Source of the DNA: an uncultured bacterium
Lineage (GTDB): Bacteria; Planctomycetota; UBA1135; GCA-002686595
NCBI GenBank assembly: GCA_943787795.1
Contig: CALSNU010000002.1
Coordinates: 160,001 to 224,000, forward strand
DNA length: 64,000 nucleotides
Reading direction: 5' to 3'
This document shows positions 56,772-64,000 of the stretch, in pieces (position 1 is the first letter of the stretch; each line of letters starts with the position of its first letter). The notes beneath the pieces are model-generated. The model saw only the letters and a program-made list of their open reading frames with translations, was not told the DNA's origin and ran no database searches. A program made the translations under genes and the position numbers.

Positions 56772-58148
56772 ATGACCGTCGGAGGGGAGCCAGAGTTCAT
56801 TGGACGACAGGGCGAGCTCAAGGTCCTGGAGGAGCTCGCGGGCTCTGGCCGGCCTGAGTTCTTCGTGCTCTACGGCCGCCGCCGGGTGGGCAAGACCGAG
56901 CTCCTGCAGCGCCTGTGCTCCGGAGAGCACCGCGCGGTCTACTTCCTGGCGGCCCAGGTCCGCGAGAAGGACAACCTGCGGTCGTTCAAGGAGGCCCTGA
57001 AGGACGGGCTGGGCGGGGACTCCTTGCTGGACGGGATCGAGCTCCCCGACTGGAGCGCGGCGCTCGGCTTCGCGGCCGAGCGCGCAGGCGACGAACGCCT
57101 GATCCTGGTGCTCGACGAGTTCCCCTACCTGTGCGACTCGACCAAGGGGCTCCCGAGCCAGCTCCAGCAGTTCTGGGACACGCGCGGCAAGCGCTCATCC
57201 CTGATGCTCGTGCTGTGCGGGAGCCAGGTGTCCTTCATGGAGAAGGAGGTCCTCGCGGAGCGGTCGCCGCTCTTCGGGCGGCGCACGGGCCAGCGGCGCC
57301 TCGAGCCCCTGCGCCCCACCGAGGCGCTGAACTTCTTCCCGGGCTGGTCGGTACGCCAGCGGATCGAGGCCTTCTCGATCCTCGGCGGCATGCCCGCCTA
57401 CCTGCGGCGCTTCGACGACAGCAAGAGCGTCGAGGAGAACATCGTCACGGAGATCCTGCGACCGGAGGGGTACCTGTTCGACGAGGTCCAGTTCCTGCTG
57501 CGCTCGGAGCTCACGACGCCGCATACATACAACTCGATCCTCGCGGCGGTGGCCAAGGGCGCCAGCCGCATCGGCGATATTGCGGTCCGCGTCGGAGTCG
57601 ACTCGCCCACGGCCAGCAAGTACCTGCACGTCTTGCGAGAGCTGCGGCTCGTGGACCGCGAGGTCCCGATCACCGACCCGGATCCGCTCCGCTCGAGGAA
57701 GGGCCGCTATCGCATCTCGGACCGCTTCCTCGCGTTCCACTTCCGCTTTCTCCAGCCCCACCTCTCCCTCGTCCATGCGGGTCGAGGAGAGCGAGTCCTC
57801 TCCGAATTCGTCCGGCCCCAGATGGACGCGCTCTTCGACGACGCCCGGGTGGACTTCGTCATGGATCACCTGCGGCGGGAGGCCGCCGAGATCGTCGGCT
57901 CCGAGCTCGTCGAGGTGGGCCGCTTCGAAGGCAAGTACGTGCGAGCCGTCGGGAGGACCTCCGACGAGCGTACGGTCGCGGCGGTCGTCGTCCCCGGGGG
58001 CACCCGCTCCACCGCCACCCTCGAGAACGAGCTGGGCGGCCTGAGGGCGGTCTTCGGGGATGACCCGATCAAGCTGGTCTACGGCATCACCTCGCGCGCA
58101 GATCGCCCCCTCGAGGTGGAGCGGGTCCCCGAGGGAGAGCTCCTCTGA
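56772..58148 (+). CDS. Archaeal-type ATPase (ATPase_2) + wHTH with degenerate DUF234 region
   Basis: FIGRQGEL, LYGRRRVGKTEL, LVLDEFPYL, LCGSQVSFM, PLFGRRT, GGMPAYL, YRISDRF. Confidence 0.88.
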   Translation: MTVGGEPEFIGRQGELKVLEELAGSGRPEFFVLYGRRRVGKTELLQRLCSGEHRAVYFLAAQVREKDNLRSFKEALKDGLGGDSLLDGIELPDWSAALGFAAERAGDERLILVLDEFPYLCDSTKGLPSQLQQFWDTRGKRSSLMLVLCGSQVSFMEKEVLAERSPLFGRRTGQRRLEPLRPTEALNFFPGWSVRQRIEAFSILGGMPAYLRRFDDSKSVEENIVTEILRPEGYLFDEVQFLLRSELTTPHTYNSILAAVAKGASRIGDIAVRVGVDSPTASKYLHVLRELRLVDREVPITDPDPLRSRKGRYRISDRFLAFHFRFLQPHLSLVHAGRGERVLSEFVRPQMDALFDDARVDFVMDHLRREAAEIVGSELVEVGRFEGKYVRAVGRTSDERTVAAVVVPGGTRSTATLENELGGLRAVFGDDPIKLVYGITSRADRPLEVERVPEGELL

Positions 58149-58190
58149 GGACGGGCCCCGCCGGTAGCTCGACGGGGGTAGACTCCCGCC

Positions 58191-58526
58191 GTGTCTCTGG
58201 AGGATGAGTTTCAGCGCTACTTCGACTCCGTCGGCGACGGACAGGACCGCTGCTACCTGTGCCGTCGGTCGCCCAAGGAGGTGAAGCTGTTCTTCGGCTT
58301 CGACGAGGACGGAGTGCCCCTGAAGGCCGCCGCGCACGGGATCGAAGACGTGGTCCTCGAGGAGATGGACATCATGAGCTACCGGGGCCCGCGCCCCGTG
58401 TGTGCCGTTTGCCAGCTCAACGTGGACGCGATCAGCGCCCTGGGCGAGGAGGCGATCTTCAGGCAGGTGGTGGCCCGCATGCGTGAGAACCGCGACGACC
58501 TGTGGCCAGGGAACTCCGGCTCATGA
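58191..58526 (+). CDS. Small CxxC...CxxC zinc-binding protein
   Basis: CYLC...PVCAVC; ATGA overlap with CLC gene. Confidence 0.7.
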   Translation: MSLEDEFQRYFDSVGDGQDRCYLCRRSPKEVKLFFGFDEDGVPLKAAAHGIEDVVLEEMDIMSYRGPRPVCAVCQLNVDAISALGEEAIFRQVVARMRENRDDLWPGNSGS

Positions 58527-60400
58527 AGGGGAGCTCCGACGAACCCGACTCCGAGCCGATGCGTACCGAGAGCACGCCGGGCCAACGGTCGAGCGCCGGC
58601 GAGTGGCTTCAGCTGCGCGGCTTCACCAAGTGGATCGCCCTCGCGGCGCTCATCGGCGTCCTCGGGGGCGTGGCGGCCTCAGCCTTCACCGAGCTCGTGG
58701 ACGCGGCGAAGGAATACGGCTTCGGCCGCATCGCGGGAACGACCGAGGGCGGCGTGCTGCGGACCGCCAACCCGCTGCTGGTCCTCGCCCTGCCGGCCCT
58801 CGGCGGCCTGCTCGTCGGCCTGACGATCCACCTGACAGGGACGGAGCGAGATGGGGCCGGCACCGACGCGGTCATCCGGGCGTTTCACCGGATGAAGGGC
58901 CGGGTCCGCGGGCGCGTCGCCGCCGTGACCGCCGTGGCGTCGACCCTGACCATCGGCTCGGGCGGCTCGGGCGGCCGGGAGGGTCCGGTCTCCCAGATCG
59001 GAGCGGCCATCGGCAGCACCATCGCGGACCGCCTCAACTTCTCCGATCGCGACCGACGCCTGATGCTGATGGCGGGCGGCAGCGCGGGGGTCGGCGCGAT
59101 GTTCGCCTCCCCCCTCGGCGGCGCGCTATTCCTCCCCGAGGTGATGTACCGCCGCGGGGAGTTCGAGGGCGACGCGATCATCCCCTGCGTCGTGTCCTCC
59201 TCCGTGGCCTACGCCACCTTCGCCGCGATCCTCGGGGAGGAGCGGGCGGTGATGATCCCCCGGGAGGTGGTGGAGCACCTCTCCTTTGGAGGGCTGAAGC
59301 AGATCGGCGGCTACATCGTCCTCGGCGTCCTCGCCGCAGCCGTGGGCTGGCTCTTCGTCCACGGGATTCGCGCCGTGGAGCGGCTCTTCCGGAGCATCCC
59401 GCTGGTCCCCGGGATCATGCGGCCCGCCCTCGGGGGGCTGCTGGTGGGCGCGATCGCCCTCGCGCTCCGCCCCGTCGTCGAGGGACCGGGCGTGGCCTTC
59501 AGCGGCTACGCCCTGGTGGAGTCCGCGCTCTCCGGAGCGCTCGGCCTGAAGGTGCTCACGCTGCTCATCGTGGCCAAGGTCCTGGCCACCGCGGTCACCG
59601 CGGGGTCAGGCGGTGCGGGCGGCCTCTTCGCCCCAGCCCTCAGCCTCGGTGCCGTCCTCGGCGCCGCTGTGGGCATGGGTGCGGACACCATCTTCCCGGG
59701 CCTCGACCTGGACCCCGCCGAGTTTGCCCTCGTTGGAATGGGTGGGTTCTTCGCAGGCGTGGCCAAGGTCCCCATCGCAGCCGTCGTGATGGTCAGCGAG
59801 ATGACCGGCAACTACGACCTGCTCGCACCGCTCATGATCGTGGCGGTCGTCCACATGACCCTCTCCACGCGGTGGTCTCTGTACCCCTCTCAGGTCGGCG
59901 GCCCCGTGGACTCCCCGGCCCACGTGGGGGAGTACATCGTGGACGTCCTCCAGAGCCTGAAGGTCTCTGACGTGCTGGATCCATCCATGCAGCCCACCCT
60001 CATCCACGAGACCACGACCCTGCGCCGGGCCATGCGGATCGTGAGCGACTCCCGGGAGACCCACTTTCCGGTCGTGGACGACGACGGCAACCTCGTGGGG
60101 ATCTTCTCCCTGAGCGACCTGCGGCGGATCTTCCTCGAGCACGAGGTCCAGGACATCGTCGTGGCCCGCGACTTCATGCGGGAGCAGGTCGCCACCGTGA
60201 CCGCCGATGACTCGCTCCACGACGTTCAGAGGCTGTTCACGCGACGTGGGGTGAGCGCCCTCCCGGTGGTGGACGGCTCCGATACGAGGCGGGTGGTGGC
60301 GTTCCTGAAGCGAAACGACGTGGGCAAGGCCTACGCCGAGCGTCTCAAGGAGTTGAAAGGCGCCTCCAACGCGGTTTCAGGTCCGCGCCCGGGGGCCTAA
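58523..60400 (+). CDS. CLC chloride channel/antiporter with two CBS domains
   Basis: GAGTD, GSGGREGP, PLGGALFLPEV, GGLFAP, VSEMTGNYDLL, FPVVD/LPVVD. Confidence 0.93.
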   Translation: MKGSSDEPDSEPMRTESTPGQRSSAGEWLQLRGFTKWIALAALIGVLGGVAASAFTELVDAAKEYGFGRIAGTTEGGVLRTANPLLVLALPALGGLLVGLTIHLTGTERDGAGTDAVIRAFHRMKGRVRGRVAAVTAVASTLTIGSGGSGGREGPVSQIGAAIGSTIADRLNFSDRDRRLMLMAGGSAGVGAMFASPLGGALFLPEVMYRRGEFEGDAIIPCVVSSSVAYATFAAILGEERAVMIPREVVEHLSFGGLKQIGGYIVLGVLAAAVGWLFVHGIRAVERLFRSIPLVPGIMRPALGGLLVGAIALALRPVVEGPGVAFSGYALVESALSGALGLKVLTLLIVAKVLATAVTAGSGGAGGLFAPALSLGAVLGAAVGMGADTIFPGLDLDPAEFALVGMGGFFAGVAKVPIAAVVMVSEMTGNYDLLAPLMIVAVVHMTLSTRWSLYPSQVGGPVDSPAHVGEYIVDVLQSLKVSDVLDPSMQPTLIHETTTLRRAMRIVSDSRETHFPVVDDDGNLVGIFSLSDLRRIFLEHEVQDIVVARDFMREQVATVTADDSLHDVQRLFTRRGVSALPVVDGSDTRRVVAFLKRNDVGKAYAERLKELKGASNAVSGPRPGA

Positions 60401-60485
60401 GATCCCATGCCAGCGCGCGGCTGCCCTAGCCCCCCCTGGATCAGACTTCCCTACCAGCCCGAACCCAGCCAACCCCGAGAGCCCC

Positions 60486-60899
60486 ATGTACGACCCGCAG
60501 ATGGTCCAGCCTTTCCGCGACGAACTCACCTCGATCGGAGTCAAGGAGCTCCTGACCTCCGAGGATGTCGACACCGCGGTCAAGGCCGCGGGGACGACGC
60601 TCGTCTTCGTCAATTCCGTGTGCGGCTGCGCGGCGGGGTCGGCCCGACCGGGCCTGCGTCTCTCGATGATGAGCGAGGTGAAGCCCGACAACGTCGTCAC
60701 GGTCTTCGCTGGCATGGAGCGTGAGGCCACCGAGCGCGCGCGCGAGTACTTCAAGCCGTACCAGCCCAGCTCCCCACAGATCGCGCTCATGAAGGACGGC
60801 CAGCTCGTCCATATGATCCAGCGCCATGACATCGAGGGGCAGCAGGCCGACGCCGTCGCGAAGAACCTCTCCGAGGCGTACGCCAAGCACTGCGAATGA
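60486..60899 (+). CDS. Bacilliredoxin BrxA/BrxB (YphP/YqiW) family
   Basis: MVQPFRDEL, VNSVCGCAAGSARP, TVFAG, PSSPQIAL.KDG, RHDIEG. Confidence 0.92.
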   Translation: MYDPQMVQPFRDELTSIGVKELLTSEDVDTAVKAAGTTLVFVNSVCGCAAGSARPGLRLSMMSEVKPDNVVTVFAGMEREATERAREYFKPYQPSSPQIALMKDGQLVHMIQRHDIEGQQADAVAKNLSEAYAKHCE

Positions 60900-61348
60900 G
60901 GGAAGAGTCAGGACCGGGCAACGAGCGCCTCGCCCAGGCCCGGTCCTTTCTCCAGGAGGCGGTCTACAGATCGCGCGGCGACCAGGCCGGTGCCGCGCTG
61001 CTCGCCGCCCGAGGGTCGGTCGACGGGAGCTGCGGGCTCGGCGAGGGGCCGAGCGTGGTGCTCGACCTGACGCCCCGCGCCCAGGCGCTCTTTCTGGAGA
61101 TGGGCGCCACGGAAGCGACCGCTCTCGAGCCCGTTCAGGCGTGCATGGCCGACTGGGTCCGTCGCCAAGATGCCCTCGACCGAAGGCGCAACCACTTCCT
61201 GAAGGCCTTCAGGGGAGAGCACGGCGCCGACCGTCGCGGCTATTCGGAGGACACCCTGAGGGCCTTCGAGGAAGGCCTCGAGGCGGTCAATGCCCAGGTG
61301 ACCTCCGCTCTGGATGAGGCCGCCGAGGCTCTGCTCCTCCTGGTCTGA
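60896..61348 (+). CDS. Hypothetical helical protein
   Basis: ATGA overlap with brx gene; QDALDRRRNHFLKAFRGEHG. Confidence 0.65.
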   Translation: MREESGPGNERLAQARSFLQEAVYRSRGDQAGAALLAARGSVDGSCGLGEGPSVVLDLTPRAQALFLEMGATEATALEPVQACMADWVRRQDALDRRRNHFLKAFRGEHGADRRGYSEDTLRAFEEGLEAVNAQVTSALDEAAEALLLLV

Positions 61349-61569
61349 CCCGATTGACTCGCTCGACCCGACGGACTCAACTGCCGGGCCGCCGAGCTTT
61401 ACGCCGCCGGAGAGGCCGGCGAGAGTGGGCGCTGGACCTGGCCAGCCGCAGCCCACGGCTCTGAGACCGTTGCCGAAGTGGGCGGGTCCCGGGGGCGAGC
61501 TCATTCAAAGCCGCCGGGGCTCAACCGTAGGACCGATCTGTCTGGGCCCAGGGCATCAGTGCCCTTGGC

Positions 61570-61717
61570 GCGGGGTTCCACGGTGCGGGGGTTCCACGGT
61601 GCCAGGACCCAATCATCAGGGGCCGTGACGCGAGGTCCCGTTCATCCGGCCGGGGACACCTGGTCGGGGTCACTTGGTCGGGGTCACCCGGGCGGAATCA
61701 CCCGGGCGGAATCACCG
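61570..61717. repeat. Intergenic tandem repeats: 15/16-bp x2 (GCGGGGTTCCACGGT) and 14-bp x5 (GGTCGGGGTCACTT to GGGCGGAATCACCC)
   Basis: Read directly from sequence. Confidence 0.8.
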
Positions 61718-61767
61718 GCCCAGGCGCTGCGGGAAGGCAGGTACGAGGCGTGGCCCGTCGGGAGCGG

Positions 61768-61887
61768 TCAGCCGCTGAAGCCGATGAAGAGCGTCAGGAG
61801 GCAGGCGGAGAGCAGCACGAACTCGGGGAGCCAGTGCTTCGCGGCACGGGTGCTCCCCGACCCATATACGAGGGTTCGGGACGGCAT
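61768..61887 (-). CDS. Possible 39-aa single-TM small protein
   Basis: MPSRTLVYGSGSTRAAKHWLPEFVLLSACLLTLFIGFSG; hydrophobic C-terminal helix. Confidence 0.35.
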   Translation of the reverse strand: MPSRTLVYGSGSTRAAKHWLPEFVLLSACLLTLFIGFSG

Positions 61888-62073
61888 ATGAAAAGGGCGC
61901 AGGAAAGGAAGGAGAGGGAGCCCGTGATGGGCCTCCGATAGAAGTGTGCATCGCTCAGCGCACAACGCCATTCGGGTCTTCCCGTGGGCCCGGCCCTCCC
62001 TGGCTTCAACCCCTCCCAGATGAAGCCAGCGGGGCTCCAGAGCCGCCCAACCTGCCTCAGATCAGGACCCGAT

Positions 62074-62343
62074 TCATCCCCTTTCCAGGTGAGGGCAGTG
62101 CCGGCAGCCGTTGTCGCAGCACGCTCGCTCCCAGAGCGTGGCCGCAGTCATGACCCAAAGCCCCGACTCTGGGTCCAGATAGAGCGGCTCGCCGCCGGCG
62201 ATCGCCGCGCGGTGGGCCTCGATGATGGCGCCACGGAAGGGATGGTCGCTCGCGAGCCTGGCGGGGTGCGGGTCGACCAGGTGCGCCGGGAGCGGGCCCT
62301 TGCCCGGCCGGGGTGAGCCGGGTTCTTGGATCGGTTGTTCCAT
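62074..62343 (-). CDS. DUF5522-like small Cys-rich protein
   Basis: AHRAAI...YLDPESGLWVMTA..LWERACCDNGCRHCP. Confidence 0.8.
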   Translation of the reverse strand: MEQPIQEPGSPRPGKGPLPAHLVDPHPARLASDHPFRGAIIEAHRAAIAGGEPLYLDPESGLWVMTAATLWERACCDNGCRHCPHLERG

Positions 62344-62685
62344 CGGAGGTGCGTCGGTCCGGATGAGCCCATGGGCCCACCGCCGAGGTACACGGGAAGA
62401 TCGGCCAGGCGCCAGGAGATCGAAGAGCAAAGTCAGGCTTCTTCCTGAAGGTCGCCCAGATCAGGCCACCCCCCGGCACGCCATGGAGGCCCGACCCGTG
62501 GAGCCGCCGAGGGAGACCTTCAGATCAGACCCCTTGGGCCCTGGAACGAGGGGACGCGGCTGCGAGCCGCCCGGCCAGGGTTCACGCTCCTGGGGCATCC
62601 CCGAGGCCGCCGCCAACTGGCCGGCACAGCCCGGGCAGACGATGGGTTAGCCTGAACCAACCGAAGACCCTCGTCTGACCAAGCC

Positions 62686-63144
62686 ATGACCTCGTTGATT
62701 CGCCTCGCCCTCCTCTGCCTCGCCGCCGGGCTCTCGCTCTCGTGCGCCGCCACGACCTTCCAGAACCGCTCCGTGCCGGACACCACGGCCCCTCCTGCCG
62801 AGGACATGTGCCGGGTCTACGCCGCGCGCTCCGCGCAGATGATGGGACGCGTCCGGACCGTCGAGATCATCGTCGACAAGCAGACCGTCGGCGAACTCGG
62901 AGAGGCGGGCTACCTGTGCTGGGATCTGCCGGCTGGACGCACCGTGGTGCAGGCGATGTTCCGCGGATCCGTGCTCGACGGGAAGCCCGTCGAGACCGTG
63001 TTCGGCTTCGACGGCGAGGGTGGAGAGACCTACTACTACGAGCTGCACGTGGACTTCAGCTCGAGGAAGGCGGTCGCCACCCCGCTCGACGACGTCGCGG
63101 GCAAGGCCCTGATGGCGGACCGCAAGCCCCCGGAGCTCCGTTGA
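62686..63144 (+). CDS. Lipoprotein, DUF2846-like
   Basis: LSLSC lipobox; RVYAAR, IIVDKQTVGELG..GYLCWDLPAG, GETYY. Confidence 0.7.
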   Translation: MTSLIRLALLCLAAGLSLSCAATTFQNRSVPDTTAPPAEDMCRVYAARSAQMMGRVRTVEIIVDKQTVGELGEAGYLCWDLPAGRTVVQAMFRGSVLDGKPVETVFGFDGEGGETYYYELHVDFSSRKAVATPLDDVAGKALMADRKPPELR

Positions 63145-63229
63145 GCTCGTTGATGTCGGCATCGATGGACCCCCACTCCTCCAAGGACACGGGGCGTCGC
63201 CGGTCGGGTGCGGAGGCCCTCCGTCCGTG

Positions 63230-64000
63230 ATGCTCCTCGCCGCCGCCTCGGTGCTCGCGCTCGCGCCCGCCGCCCAGGGGCTCGCCCCCCCCGCGAGCGC
63301 CCCTCCGCCGAGGATGAGGGTCCTCGTGTGGAACATCGAGCGAGGAGCCAACCCATACACGGACGGAGCGGAGAAGGCCCTCGCGCAGATCCGCGCGCTT
63401 GACCCTGACGTGTGTCTCCTCCAGGAGAGCTACGACATCGACGGGGAGCGGCCCAAACTCGGCGCCTGGATGGCGAAGGAGCTCGGCTGGAACAGCTGGC
63501 AGGGCGACAGCACCCACCTCTGCGTGCTGACCCCGCTCGAGATCCGTGACCGCTACTTCCACGCGACCTGGCACGGCGTCGGCGCCCGTCTCGAGGACCG
63601 CGCGGGCCGGGCGTTCGATGTCTACAGCACCTGGATCGACTACCGCGCCTACATCGCCTACGCCTTGCGAGACAACCCGGCCATCGAGGACGCCGAGTTG
63701 CTCCGCTGCGAGTCCGAGGGTTCCAACCGGCTGGCGCAGGCCAACGCGCTCCTCGCGCACCTGGAGGAGTCCGGCCGCTTCGACGGCTCGGTCCCGCTGC
63801 TGGTGGGCGGCGATTGGAACTGCCCGTCTCACCTCGACTGGACCGACGACACGGCGCGGGCGTTCCGCTTCAAGCGCCCCCTCGAGCTCCCCGTCAGCCG
63901 CCGCATGGCCGCCGAGGGCTTCATCGATACGTTCCGAGAGGTGCACCCCGACCCCCTGCGCCGCCCTGGGTTCACCTGGACGCCCATGACACGCGGGACC
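63230..64000 (+). CDS. Secreted endonuclease/exonuclease/phosphatase (EEP) family protein (runs off the right edge)
   Basis: My translation: signal MLLAAASVLALAPAAQG, RVLVWNIERG, DVCLLQES, LVGGDWNCPSHLDW, GFIDTFREVHPDP...PGFTW. Confidence 0.88.
   Translation, partial: MLLAAASVLALAPAAQGLAPPASAPPPRMRVLVWNIERGANPYTDGAEKALAQIRALDPDVCLLQESYDIDGERPKLGAWMAKELGWNSWQGDSTHLCVLTPLEIRDRYFHATWHGVGARLEDRAGRAFDVYSTWIDYRAYIAYALRDNPAIEDAELLRCESEGSNRLAQANALLAHLEESGRFDGSVPLLVGGDWNCPSHLDWTDDTARAFRFKRPLELPVSRRMAAEGFIDTFREVHPDPLRRPGFTWTPMTRGT

Noticed and set aside
58855..58870. CLC filter GAGTD instead of GSGIP as a sign of new ion selectivity
   Set aside because: GxGTD variants are, from memory, common in CBS-containing prokaryotic CLCs, and both key glutamates appear intact
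63227..63320. Apparent frameshift in the C-run of the EEP gene
   Set aside because: On recount, ATG 63230 and the MRVLVWN codon at 63314 are in frame (84 nt apart)

Overview
High-GC bacterial chromosome segment, most likely Planctomycetota (DUF1549/DUF1553 cytochrome-c protein next to a Tat-exported DUF1501 protein; CotH-LTD protein). I found no rRNA, tRNA, CRISPR array or transposase. It carries a minor-pilin-like trio, housekeeping genes (rsmD, pdxJ, clpB, truA, yigZ), transporters (SSS/PutP-type, SulP+USP, CLC), a full Vibrio-TonB2-like operon with a TonB-dependent receptor, and a photolyase/desaturase cluster. Best leads: (1) three unrelated Sec-exported proteins share a ~145-aa C-terminal domain (NSTG...GRYVG...W[SN]FQAWYRD...SN[FL]T) that behaves like a sorting or surface-anchoring signal, and one copy lies directly downstream of the TonB operon; (2) an orphan FlgG-like flagellar rod domain fused to a lipoprotein signal peptide, behind a sigma28-type promoter; (3) a Wzm-type ABC permease with an inserted Calx-beta-like domain; (4) a DapA homologue lacking its catalytic residues, overlapping pdxJ; (5) a sigma54 promoter with tandem enhancer-like palindromes upstream of clpB; (6) a decarboxylase with a CSAD/GADL1-type motif; (7) repeated signs of leaderless mRNAs. 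All family calls are motif recognition by eye; no searches were run.
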